In this document: positions 19,288 to 30,000 of the stretch, in pieces
How positions within the stretch are numbered: the first letter of the stretch is position 1
Layout of the letters: the number at the start of each line of letters is the position of its first letter
IMG/VR virus record: IMGVR_UViG_3300017722_002753
Span: 14,249-78,248 of that record
Reading direction: 5' to 3' (one strand)
DNA: 64,000 bases
From: a virus
Taxonomy: Duplodnaviria; Caudoviricetes
Notes under the pieces: model-generated
Told to the model about the DNA's origin: nothing
Seen by the model: the letters and a program-made list of their open reading frames with translations, nothing else
The model's database searches: none
Translations under genes and position numbers: made by a program

Positions 19288-19729
19288 CCAACAAATGGAC
19301 ATCACAAAATTCGAATTTCTACTTAGTTTAGGTGGGAACATCGTATGTCAAAGATTCTTTAATGTAAAAGATCATAATCCACAAGCAAGAAGATCGATGG
19401 ATATGCATTATTACATAAAAAATATTTGCGAAGATATTAGCGAAGATTTGAAAATAAAAACTTCCGATTATATGAGTGAAAATCAAAACTTTATCCTCTC
19501 TTCTGAGTATGTGGAAGATTCGAATGAGCAAGAAAAAGAACACTTTTTATTGGAAATAAAGTTAGGTGACGACGTATTTATTTCTAGGATATTTCCGGCG
19601 TACTATTACCACCCAAAGGTTAGATACACGGTAGATATTCGTCCAAAACTTAAGAGAGTTTTGTCAGATTTAACTGACATTTTATCCGCTTATGATTTAG
19701 AGACGACGTATTTACACTACGAACTGTAA
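19280..19729 (+). CDS. Hypothetical protein (149 aa)
   Basis: Overlapping, co-oriented ORF in the replication operon; no motif recognised. Confidence 0.75.
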   Translation: MSNQQMDITKFEFLLSLGGNIVCQRFFNVKDHNPQARRSMDMHYYIKNICEDISEDLKIKTSDYMSENQNFILSSEYVEDSNEQEKEHFLLEIKLGDDVFISRIFPAYYYHPKVRYTVDIRPKLKRVLSDLTDILSAYDLETTYLHYEL

Positions 19730-19758
19730 AATTTAAAAATTTATATAAAATAATAGAC

Positions 19759-21135
19759 ATGGAAGAAAAGAATTTTGGTTATTTAGGGTTTTCATTTCAG
19801 CAATCGCTTATTAAGGCAATCATAGAAGATAAAAAATATGGTGAAACAATTATCGATGTTTTAGAGAGTAAGTATTTTGAGAACAATTCCTTTAAATTTT
19901 TAATGGAAAACATTAAAGAATTGTATAAGACATACGAAAAGTTACCCGATTATCACACATTATCTCAAAAAGTTATGGCTGAAGGTGGAAACAAAGACTC
20001 CTCCAAAGTTCACGTTGACACATTAGAGGCGATAAAGGACGATTCAAAAGATACTGCATACGTTAAGGATACCGCCTTGAATTTTTGCAAACAACAAAAC
20101 CTTAAAAGGGAATTAAAATCTGTACAAAATATTATTGAAAACGGACAATTCGAAGCTTATAGTAAAATTGAAGAGATTATCAAAAAGGCTTTACAGGTTG
20201 GTATTTCAAATGACGAGGTCCTTGACGTTTTTCACGATATAGACGCAGCATTAGAAAAAGACTTTAGACTACCAATTCCAACAGGAATTGTGGGTGTTGA
20301 TAATTTATTAAAAGGTGGTTTAGGTAGAGGTGAATTAGGTGTAGTACTTGCTCCAACTGGTACAGGTAAAACAACCTTATTAACAAAATTCGCCAACACA
20401 GCATATAATCTTGGTTTAAACGTTGTTCAAATATTTTTTGAAGATAACGTTGGTAACATAAAACGTAAACACTATACTATTTGGTCAGGTATTGCTCCTG
20501 ATGAACAACCTGAACATATAGAAGAAGTAAAAGAAAAGATTAAAGAGGCACAAGAAAGATCAGTAGGAACTATTAATCTTATGAAATTTCCGTCTGATAA
20601 CATTACAATTTCAGATATTAAATCTAGATTGAGAAAAATGACATCGGATGGTATTAAAGTTGATTTATTAGTATTAGATTATGTAGACTGTCTTACCGCC
20701 GAAAGAAGTACAAACGGAGAAGAGTGGAAAGGTGAAGGATCTATTATGAGAAGTTTAGAGTCTATGACTGGTGAGTTTAACATGGCAATATGGACCGCCA
20801 CACAAGGTAACCGAGAATCAATTTCTTCTGAAGTTGTAACAGGAGACCAAATGGGAGGTTCAATCAAAAAAGCACAAATCGCACACGTAATATTATCGAT
20901 TGCAAAATCGTTAGAACAAAAAGACCAAAACTTAGCAACACTTACGTTAGTTAAGTCACGTATCGGTAGAGATGGTGTGGTATTCACCAACTGTAAATTC
21001 AATAACGAATTTTTAGTTATTGATACGGATTCACAAAATACATTATTAGGTCACGAACAAGATAGAGTTCGAAATAATGTAGATAGGGCAGCAGAAGCCT
21101 TCCAAAGAATACAAAAAGTAAAACCAAGAGTTTAA
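19759..21135 (+). CDS. dnaB: Replicative DNA helicase (DnaB/gp41-like)
   Basis: Walker [27 protein letters not shown] and KSRIGRDG; no intein visible. Confidence 0.9.
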   Translation: MEEKNFGYLGFSFQQSLIKAIIEDKKYGETIIDVLESKYFENNSFKFLMENIKELYKTYEKLPDYHTLSQKVMAEGGNKDSSKVHVDTLEAIKDDSKDTAYVKDTALNFCKQQNLKRELKSVQNIIENGQFEAYSKIEEIIKKALQVGISNDEVLDVFHDIDAALEKDFRLPIPTGIVGVDNLLKGGLGRGELGVVLAPTGTGKTTLLTKFANTAYNLGLNVVQIFFEDNVGNIKRKHYTIWSGIAPDEQPEHIEEVKEKIKEAQERSVGTINLMKFPSDNITISDIKSRLRKMTSDGIKVDLLVLDYVDCLTAERSTNGEEWKGEGSIMRSLESMTGEFNMAIWTATQGNRESISSEVVTGDQMGGSIKKAQIAHVILSIAKSLEQKDQNLATLTLVKSRIGRDGVVFTNCKFNNEFLVIDTDSQNTLLGHEQDRVRNNVDRAAEAFQRIQKVKPRV

Positions 21136-21151
21136 CAATCAAAAAAAAATT

Positions 21152-22126
21152 ATGATAGAAAAAATATTACAAGATAACCCTGGACGCTTTGTCCTTTTTC
21201 CAATCGAACATCACGATTTATGGAAACTATATAAACAACAAGAAGCGTGTTTTTGGACCGCAGAGGAAATCGATTTAGCTCAAGATATTAACGATTGGGA
21301 TAATAAATTGAATGATGACGAACAACATTTTGTTAAACATGTATTAGCGTTTTTTGCAGCATCAGATGGTATTGTTAACGAGAACATTGCGATGAATTTT
21401 GTTAATGCGGTTCAATACACAGAGGCAAAATTCTTTTACGGTTTTCAAATTATGATGGAAAATATTCATAGTGAAACGTATTCATTATTGATTGATTCAT
21501 ATATTAAAGATAAAGAAGAACAAAATAAGTTATTTCGTGCGGTAGAAACAATACCAGCCATTAAAAAGAAGGCCGATTGGGCAATGAAGTTTATTGAGAA
21601 AGGTAGTTTTGCCGAAAGACTTATTGCATTTGCCGCGGTTGAAGGTATTTTCTTTTCAGGTTCATTCTGTTCAATCTTTTGGTTGAAGAAAAGAGGTTTA
21701 ATGCCGGGTTTAACATTTTCAAATGAATTGATTTCTCGTGACGAAGGTATGCATTGTGATTACGCTTGTCATTTATATAATAACCATATTGATAATAAAC
21801 TTTCAAAAGAAAGAATTAAAGAAATCATTTGTGGGGCATTGGAGATTGAGAAGGAATTTATTCTCGAAGCATTACCTGTTCGTTTAATTGGTATGAATTC
21901 AGATTTAATGGCTCAATATCTTGAATTTGTAACGGATAGATTGTTAGATGCATTAGGTGTACCTAAAGTTTATAATTCTGAAAATCCATTTGATTTTATG
22001 CAAAATATCGCATTACAAGGTAAAACTAATTTCTTTGAAAAAAGAGTTGCAGAATATCAAAAGGCTGGTGTTAATAATGTTGCTGAAGATTTAAATTCAG
22101 CATTTGATGAGGATATGGATTTTTAA
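21152..22126 (+). CDS. nrdB: Ribonucleotide reductase class Ia beta subunit
   Basis: [39 protein letters not shown] and [11 protein letters not shown] diiron/tyrosyl-radical motifs. Confidence 0.96.
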   Translation: MIEKILQDNPGRFVLFPIEHHDLWKLYKQQEACFWTAEEIDLAQDINDWDNKLNDDEQHFVKHVLAFFAASDGIVNENIAMNFVNAVQYTEAKFFYGFQIMMENIHSETYSLLIDSYIKDKEEQNKLFRAVETIPAIKKKADWAMKFIEKGSFAERLIAFAAVEGIFFSGSFCSIFWLKKRGLMPGLTFSNELISRDEGMHCDYACHLYNNHIDNKLSKERIKEIICGALEIEKEFILEALPVRLIGMNSDLMAQYLEFVTDRLLDALGVPKVYNSENPFDFMQNIALQGKTNFFEKRVAEYQKAGVNNVAEDLNSAFDEDMDF

Positions 22127-22142
22127 AATTTAAATAAAGAAG

Positions 22143-24572
22143 ATGAAAGTAAAAAAAAGAGATGGATCCTTGGAGGAAATGAGGTATGACAAAATAACGA
22201 GAAGAATTAGTGTATTTTGTAGTGATTTAAATTTAGAATATATTGACCCAACATATGTTACTTTAAAAGTAACTCAAGGTATATATGACGGCATAACTAC
22301 AACTGAGTTAGATGTGTTGGCTGCGGAAACCGCCGCAGCAATGGTTACCACACATCCTGATTATGCAAAATTATCAGGTCGTTTAGCGGTATCTAATTTA
22401 CATAAGACAACACATAAAAAGTTTTCACAATGTATTAAAGAACTATATTCTTTTGTTGAACCGAAAACAGGTAAAGAGTCTTCATTGATTGACGATGACG
22501 TTTATAAGTTTGTAATGGAAAATAAAGAATCTTTAGATGGTGCAATTCACCAAGAAAGGGATTTAGATTTTGATTACTTTGGATATAAAACATTAGAAAG
22601 GTCTTATCTTTTAAAGATTGCCAATAGAGTGGTTGAAAGACCTCAATACATGTATATGAGGGTTGCTGTTGGTATTTGTAAAGGTAATTTAGAAACCGCA
22701 CTTAGAATATATGATGATTTATCACAACACTTTTATACACATGCAACACCCACATTATTCAACGCGGGAACTCGTAAGGCACAAATGTCTTCTTGTTTCT
22801 TAATTGGAAATAAAGGTGATGATATTGATGGTCTATTTGATACCATTAAAGATGTTGCAAAGATTTCTAAGTGGGCTGGTGGTATTGGATTACACGTACA
22901 TGATGTTCGTGCTAAGGGCTCATATATTAAAGGAACTGGTGGACAATCTGATGGTTTATTACCGATGATGAAAACTTATAATGAAGTTGCTCGTTGGATT
23001 AACCAAGGAGGAAAACGTAAAGGTTCATTTGCCATTTATCTTGAGCCATGGCATTCAGATATTTTTGAATTTATTGATTTAAGAAAAAATCACGGTAAAG
23101 AAGAAATGAGAGCAAGAGATTTATTCTTGGCGATGTGGACACCTAGCCTTTTCATGGAGAGAGTGGAATCTGATGGAGAATGGACATTGTTCTCACCTGA
23201 CGAAGCGCCAGGTTTATCTGAAGCATATGATTCTCCGGAAGATAAAGCATTTACTCGTTTATATGAACAATACGAACAAGAAGGTAAAGGTAGAAAAGTT
23301 ATTAAGGCAAGAAAATTAATGGACGCCATTTTAACTGCGCAAATTGAAACGGGAACACCTTATATGTTATATAAAGACCCGGCAAATTACAAGTCAAACC
23401 AAAAGAATTTAGGAACTATCAAGTCATCAAACTTGTGTACCGAGATTATTGAATATAGTTCACCAACTGAACAGGCAGTTTGTAATTTAGCATCAATTGC
23501 CTTACCTAAGTATATTCTCAATGGTGAATTTAATCACGACTTACTATATGAATACACATACCAAGTTGTTAAGAATTTAAATAATGTTATTGATTTAAAC
23601 TATTACCCAACCGAAGAAACAAAACGTTCTAACTTTAGACATCGTCCTGTTGGGTTAGGTGTCCAAGGTTTAGCGGATGTATTTTGTATTTTAGAGTTAC
23701 CATTTGAATCTGAATCGGCGGATAAATTACAAACGGATATTTTTGAAACAATCTATTTTGCTGCAATGACATCTTCAAATGATATTGCAAAAGAAGTCGG
23801 TGCGTATGAGTCAATATCAAATTCTCCAATCTCAAAAGGGATATTCCAATATGAGATGTGGGGTAAAAAAGATAAAGATTTATCAGGTCGTTGGGATTGG
23901 AAATCGTTAAGAAAAGACGTAGTTAAATTTGGTGTAAGAAATTCATTATTGGTTGCACCAATGCCGACGGCATCGACAGCTCAAATTTTAGGTAACAACG
24001 AAGCGTTTGAACCGTTTACAAGTAACCTTTATTCTCGTAGAACATTGAGTGGTGAATTTATCATGATAAACAAACACTTAGTTAGTGCGTTATTAAAGTT
24101 AGGATTGTGGAGTGATTCAATCAAGAATAAACTAATCATGGAAAATGGTTCAGTTCAAAATATTCCCGAAATACCAACACAATTAAAAGAGGTATATAAA
24201 ACCGTTTGGGAAATGTCTCAAAAAAGAATTCTCCAAATGGCGGCAAACAGAAGTATTTTTATTGACCAATCACAGTCATTAAATTTATTTATTGATAATG
24301 CAACCAAACCTAAATTATTAGCGGCACATTTATTTGGTTGGAAATTAGGTTTAAAAACGGGTATGTATTACTTAAGAACAAGATCTGCGGTTGATGCAAT
24401 GAAAGGATTAGGTATTAATACGTCAACAGAGAAACCCGTAGAACAAACACCATCTATAAATAATGTCGAGGTACCAACCAATACATTAATTAGTGAAAGA
24501 ACACCTGAGGTTGTAATGACATCAGAAAGACCAACAGACTCACCATTCGAATGTGAGGGATGTGGTTCATAA
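22143..24572 (+). CDS. nrdA: Ribonucleotide reductase class Ia alpha subunit with ATP cone
   Basis: MKVKKRDG cone start, TPTLFNAG, SSCFL, SNLCTEI, CNLAS, APMPTAST, KTGMYYLR and C-terminal CEGCGS. Confidence 0.97.
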   Translation: MKVKKRDGSLEEMRYDKITRRISVFCSDLNLEYIDPTYVTLKVTQGIYDGITTTELDVLAAETAAAMVTTHPDYAKLSGRLAVSNLHKTTHKKFSQCIKELYSFVEPKTGKESSLIDDDVYKFVMENKESLDGAIHQERDLDFDYFGYKTLERSYLLKIANRVVERPQYMYMRVAVGICKGNLETALRIYDDLSQHFYTHATPTLFNAGTRKAQMSSCFLIGNKGDDIDGLFDTIKDVAKISKWAGGIGLHVHDVRAKGSYIKGTGGQSDGLLPMMKTYNEVARWINQGGKRKGSFAIYLEPWHSDIFEFIDLRKNHGKEEMRARDLFLAMWTPSLFMERVESDGEWTLFSPDEAPGLSEAYDSPEDKAFTRLYEQYEQEGKGRKVIKARKLMDAILTAQIETGTPYMLYKDPANYKSNQKNLGTIKSSNLCTEIIEYSSPTEQAVCNLASIALPKYILNGEFNHDLLYEYTYQVVKNLNNVIDLNYYPTEETKRSNFRHRPVGLGVQGLADVFCILELPFESESADKLQTDIFETIYFAAMTSSNDIAKEVGAYESISNSPISKGIFQYEMWGKKDKDLSGRWDWKSLRKDVVKFGVRNSLLVAPMPTASTAQILGNNEAFEPFTSNLYSRRTLSGEFIMINKHLVSALLKLGLWSDSIKNKLIMENGSVQNIPEIPTQLKEVYKTVWEMSQKRILQMAANRSIFIDQSQSLNLFIDNATKPKLLAAHLFGWKLGLKTGMYYLRTRSAVDAMKGLGINTSTEKPVEQTPSINNVEVPTNTLISERTPEVVMTSERPTDSPFECEGCGS

Positions 24573-24578
24573 AATAAT

Positions 24579-24660
24579 GGGAGACTCCCCCAGAGTTACT
24601 AAGTATCTTGGACTTCCAGGTTTTGAGAATAAAGGGGGTGAATATCAAAACACTACATTA
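24579..24660 (+). ncRNA. Candidate pseudoknotted RNA in the nrdA 3' UTR
   Basis: CCCCC(24587-91)/GGGGG(24634-38) and GTTTTGA(24620-26)/TCAAAAC(24645-51) form crossing stems; GC-richer than the surroundings; no family recognised. Confidence 0.4.
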
Positions 24661-24684
24661 ATCCCGACTTCGGTCGGGATTTTT
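24660..24684 (+). terminator. Intrinsic terminator with a UUCG tetraloop ending the nrd operon
   Basis: aatcccgac-ttcg-gtcgggatt followed by ttt. Confidence 0.9.
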
Positions 24685-24711
24685 CGTTTATTAATATTTT
24701 AGTTTAGTTTA

Positions 24712-24719
24712 TATTTATA
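24712..24719 (+). promoter_or_regulatory. TATTTATA putative late-promoter box upstream of the gp25-like gene
   Basis: Exact motif between a terminator and ATG 24723, at the start of the baseplate block. Confidence 0.6.
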
Positions 24720-24722
24720 GGT

Positions 24723-25175
24723 ATGAATGTAACATATGGTATAGATTTTCCATTTAGAGATAGTCCAAAGGGGGCTTACCTAAAGATGACAGAAACACCT
24801 GAAAGGGAAGTTCGTGCAAATTTGATTCATCTATTATTAACTAGAAAGGGAAGTAGATACTTTTTACCAGATTTTGGTACTAGATTATATGAATTCATTT
24901 TTGACCAAAACGACGTGGTTACATTTAATTTAATTGAAGAAGAGATAAGAGAAGGGGTTAGAAAATACATTCCTAATTTAGATATTAACTCAATTAACAT
25001 TATGTCAGCTGAGGATGACCCCGATAGAGATAAATTGTTTTCACAAGATGAAGACGCAAGATTATTTAGAGTTTCGGATGACTCGACAAGACCGTATACG
25101 GCTAAAGTAAAAATAGACTATACAGTCAATAATGGAACATTTAGTTCTTCCGACTTTGTAATTATAAACATATAA
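24723..25175 (+). CDS. Baseplate wedge / sheath initiator (gp25-like)
   Basis: GIDFPF, NLIHLLLTRKGSRYFLPDFGTRLYEFIFD. Confidence 0.9.
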   Translation: MNVTYGIDFPFRDSPKGAYLKMTETPEREVRANLIHLLLTRKGSRYFLPDFGTRLYEFIFDQNDVVTFNLIEEEIREGVRKYIPNLDINSINIMSAEDDPDRDKLFSQDEDARLFRVSDDSTRPYTAKVKIDYTVNNGTFSSSDFVIINI

Positions 25176-25176
25176 G

Positions 25177-27009
25177 ATGGCAAAAAAAATAACATACGCA
25201 ACAAGAGATTTTGCGGGTTTAAGGGAAGAACTTGTAAACCTGACTAAAGATTATTATCCTGATTTAGTAAAGAATACTAATGACGCATCCATTTTTTCAG
25301 TATTACTAGATTTAAATGCTGCGGTTACGGATAACCTACACTTTCACATTGATAGAGTTTGGCAAGAAACAATGTTAGATTTTGCTCAACAAAGACAATC
25401 ATTATTTCATATTGCAAAAACATACGGTTTAAGACTACCAGGTAATAGACCTTCAGTTGCGTTATGTGACTTTTCAATTAACGTACCAGTAAAGGGTGAT
25501 AAAGAAGATGAAAGATATTTGGGAATTGTTAAAGGAGGTGCTCAGGTTTCAGGTGGAGGTCAAATATTTGAAACATTAGAAGATATTGATTTCTCTAACC
25601 CGTTCAATAGTAAGGGTGAACCAAACAGATTAAAGATACCAAACTTTGATGGTAACAATAAAACCATATCATACACAATCACTAAGAGAGAGGCGGTTGT
25701 TAATGGAGTGACTCGTATTTTTAGAAAAGTTATTACTCAATTTGACCAAAAACCATTCTTAAAGATTTTCTTACCAGAACAAAATGTTTTAGGCGTTGTG
25801 TCGGTTATCCATAAAGATGGTACAACATACGCGGGAAACCCAACCAACTCAGAATTTTCTGAAATTGGAAATAAGTGGTATGAGGTTAAATCATTGATGC
25901 AAGATAAGGTGTTTGTACCTAATCCAACGAGTTCATCAGATAAAGATAATTTTAAAGCAGGAAAATACATTGACGTTAATAATAAATTTACCACCGAGTA
26001 TACCCCCGAAGGTTACTTCTCAATGATATTTGGTTCAGGATCGGTTAATCCAATGGATAATCTTGATAACTACATAACAGGTCAATTAAAAGTAAATTTA
26101 GCAACATATCTTAATAATCTTTCATTGGGTGCAATACCAAAGAACAACTCCACACTATTTGTGAAATATCGAATTGGTGGGGGTAAAGATTCGAATTTAG
26201 GGGTCAACGTTATTACAAGTATAGATACTGTCGAAGTTAGTATAAACGGTCCCTTATCAGGAACAAATACACAAGTTGAACAATCGTTAAGAGTGACTAA
26301 CGTAACACCAGCGGTAGGTGGGGCGGATCAACCTACAATTGAAGAAATTCGTAATATGATTTCTTACAATTTTGCGGCACAAAACAGAGCGGTTACATTA
26401 AACGATTACAAATCATTAATTGAAACAATGCCATCAACATACGGAGCACCAGCTAAGGTTAACGTAATGGAAGAGAATAATAAAATAAGAATTAAATTAT
26501 TATCATACGACGAAAGAGGTAATTTAACTGACACAGTTTCTAACACATTAAAAAATAATATTTTATCATATCTTTCTGAATATAGAATGATAAATGACTA
26601 TTTGGATATTGTAAGTGGAGAAGTTATTGATTTAGGATTAGAAGTTGATTTAATTGTTGATAAGAATGAAAGTCAAACTGATATTATAAAATCAGCAATT
26701 GAAGGAATTATTGAATTTTTCAGAATAGAAAAAAGAAAAATGGGAGACCCATTATTAGTGGGCCAATTATCAAAAACAATAGGTAACACGCCAGGTGTTG
26801 AAAACGTAGTAGAAGTAAAAGTGTTTAATAAAACGGGCGGTGAATATTCTTCAGCACAAGTATCACAAGCATATGTGAATACCTTGACAAAAGAGATACG
26901 TCAGTCAGATAATGTGGTCTTTATGAAGAACAATCAAATCTTTCAAATTAGATTCCCTAATAAAGATATTAAGATAAGGGTTAAAACTATCGATTCGCCT
27001 TCATACTAA
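25177..27009 (+). CDS. Baseplate wedge protein (T4 gp6 / baseplate J-like)
   Basis: YATRDFAGLREEL, FGSG, YRIGGGKDSN, AVGGADQPTIEEIR and AQNRAVTLNDY. Confidence 0.9.
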   Translation: MAKKITYATRDFAGLREELVNLTKDYYPDLVKNTNDASIFSVLLDLNAAVTDNLHFHIDRVWQETMLDFAQQRQSLFHIAKTYGLRLPGNRPSVALCDFSINVPVKGDKEDERYLGIVKGGAQVSGGGQIFETLEDIDFSNPFNSKGEPNRLKIPNFDGNNKTISYTITKREAVVNGVTRIFRKVITQFDQKPFLKIFLPEQNVLGVVSVIHKDGTTYAGNPTNSEFSEIGNKWYEVKSLMQDKVFVPNPTSSSDKDNFKAGKYIDVNNKFTTEYTPEGYFSMIFGSGSVNPMDNLDNYITGQLKVNLATYLNNLSLGAIPKNNSTLFVKYRIGGGKDSNLGVNVITSIDTVEVSINGPLSGTNTQVEQSLRVTNVTPAVGGADQPTIEEIRNMISYNFAAQNRAVTLNDYKSLIETMPSTYGAPAKVNVMEENNKIRIKLLSYDERGNLTDTVSNTLKNNILSYLSEYRMINDYLDIVSGEVIDLGLEVDLIVDKNESQTDIIKSAIEGIIEFFRIEKRKMGDPLLVGQLSKTIGNTPGVENVVEVKVFNKTGGEYSSAQVSQAYVNTLTKEIRQSDNVVFMKNNQIFQIRFPNKDIKIRVKTIDSPSY

Positions 27010-27063
27010 GCAAAATTTTCCTTATTATAATAGAAAATCAACTGCTTTCTATTTATTAAAGGA

Positions 27064-30000
27064 ATGGTACAGAAACACAGAATCTCAACAAATATTGGTA
27101 AAGACCAAGTACTAAAAGTCGAGTTAAAACAAGATTTTGATTTACTTGAAGTATTGTCTTTAAAATTTACACAAAAAGATGTGTATACATCACTTTGCGC
27201 TGATTACGGAGTAGTTTGTGGTAGAATTAGTGTAAATGGAGGTTTCGGTATTCCAAACGCAAAGGTTTCAATATTTGTACCTTTAACATTAGATGACGAA
27301 CAAGACCAAGTAATTTCTACCTTATATCCATATAAGTCTACGGATGGTAGAAACGATAATAACTATCGTTACAACTTATTACCAAAAAGAAAACAACACT
27401 CAGGTCATACTCCAACAGGTACATTTTTTGACCAACAAGATATATTAGCTAGAGAGGAATATTTGGAAGTGTATGAGAAATATTACACATACACAGTTAA
27501 AACAAACGACTCTGGTGATTTTATGATTTGGGGAGTACCACTTGGTACTCAAGTTCTACATGTCGATTTAGATTTATCTGACATGGGATGTCAATCTTTA
27601 GTTCCTTATGATTTAATGTATGAAGGTATTTCGGAGGAGAAATTCGAAAACAAATACACATACATGGCTTCAGATAATCTGAACGCATTACCTCAAATTA
27701 TTTCATTTGACAAAACAGTTGATGTGTACCCTTTTTGGGGTAGTGAAGATTTATGTGAAATTGGAATTACAAGAGGAGACTTTGATTTAGGAGAGAAGGG
27801 TGTAAGATTAGAACCATATGCAATAATGATGGGTTCAACATTTTCAGATGCCGCTGAAGATTCAATGGGGGTTAACTGTAATGTAGATAACCAACAAGGT
27901 GAGAAATGTAAACTTACCACCAAGAAAGGTGATATTGAAGCAATTAGATTTACTGGTGAATATCAAAAAGACACCAACGGTAATCCTAATATGTTAAAAC
28001 CTATCCTTGAAAAGTTACAAATAGATAGTAAAATAGGTGATGACGGAATATTTTTCTTCAGAGTCCCAATGAACATTGGTTACATTACCACAAATGAATT
28101 TGGAGACATTGTCGAATCAAAAGATAAGAATATTGGTATTCCAACTAAAGGAAATTATCGTTTTAGAATTACATTAAACGAAGATACTGGAGAAGAGAAT
28201 AGAAACGTTGCAAAAATATTAATACCAAATGTTAGAGAATACCATCAAGGTGATACTCTTTATCATGGTAGTTATACAACAATTGATGCAAAATCATATT
28301 CGTTTAGTACGAATATCGACGACTATCCGGTGAATGCGTTAAAAGAAATTGCGGGGCTAAGTACTTGGGCACAAGCCAATAACAGAAAGAGTGTTCCACA
28401 AGATTATTTCTACCAATTTAGATATGGTAGAGTTTACAGTGCGTCTCAGTTTATTAATAGATTTGAGAAAGCAGGTAGTTGGGAAAAGGTATTTAAATTT
28501 TTTGTTAGAGATAGAAATGAATCATTCATTGGTATAAAAGAAATATGGCCAGCTGAGGGGGATTGCTCAAACAATATAAATTATTTTCCGGTTAACGATG
28601 CTGTAAGAAACCATAAATTTGGATTCTTTATTACAACAATTATAAGTTTCGTTGAATATATTGGATTAAGAATAAGTTTATTCTTTAAGGAATTAGTTTT
28701 AGCCGTATTCGTGGGAATTGCTGAATTATTATCAAGTACTGGTGTTTCTAATAAAGCGGCTGCAAAAATGTTTCAAAGGGCAAAAGAATATCAGTTTAAT
28801 AATATAATGGTTCTAAGTTTAGTAACATATCCTGATTGTTATGACTGTAGTGAAGATGATACAGCTAATAAAACTACTAGTAGTGTCCCACCTGTTGATG
28901 TTGATACAGTTAAATTAGGTACACCTATTGCAACAAATTTTTATTTAGAAGAAAACTACACAGTTGCACGTGCCGCTGGTACTTGTGATAAGTATACATT
29001 TGTTAATACGACAGGAACCGATGTTACAATTAACTATTTAGATTGTGATAATGATTTTAGAACATTAACAATTTTAGGTACCGATACTGCGGCCTATTCT
29101 GTAAAGGCAAAACCAAATCAATCACAATCAGGATGGGCGATAACGCCAACAATTGTTGTTGATTTTTATACGGGTGCAAATGGGTTTAATGGTGATGATG
29201 ACTTATATTTTAGACCAACGGGCGGAGGTTTTACAGGGTTTGTACCAACACCACCTACAGGACAGTTAACTAATGATAATGCAGTATTAGCACAAACATA
29301 TGTAGCGGAATTAGATGTAATTGGGGATGGAACTTTAACATACCTAACTTTAGGTATGGGGCAACAATATCAAATTATTTGGGACTCTATTTTAGGTGTA
29401 TGGAAAATTAAAGGGGCGTATAGAGTTATTATCGATGCAATATCATTGGCTTTCAATACACCATTAGATCAAGTAGTCACCGGAACAGCACACGAGAATG
29501 ATGGATATATTAAAATTACTAAATTATGGATTGCGGATTCTAATATTACATCTTCAGACACGACAACTACTGAATTGGAAGAAGGTTGTTCAAAATATGA
29601 TACAATTATAGAGGATGAATTAGGTAGAGGTGGTGACATGAAATTAAAAGGTTTAATTTTTCCATTAACAGGACAAACAATAGGTGGTACTGCCACTATA
29701 TTGAATACTTATGTCGATGCTAAAAATTACCTTAGTACTCGTCGACCAAGTCCATATCCGAGATTTGTATTAAAACCTTATGACCAATTAGATGCAACTT
29801 ATAATACAAAGATTATTGGTGCAAATATTAAGGACTGTGAAGAAAGACCATCATATAACGTTGGAGCGGTAGCATCTACATTTGCAAAATGGCCACTGGT
29901 AGATAATAATAGTTTTGAAAATCAAACTGTTAGATGTATATACAAAGGGGAATATTATGGACAAGTAAAGAAAAAAGGTCCATATTGGGTTGAAGAACAA

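Noticed and set aside
16374-24572. Inteins or self-splicing introns in recA, dnaB, nrdB or nrdA
   Set aside because: All are of normal length with contiguous motifs, and no intein (C...HN) or homing-endonuclease insert is visible.
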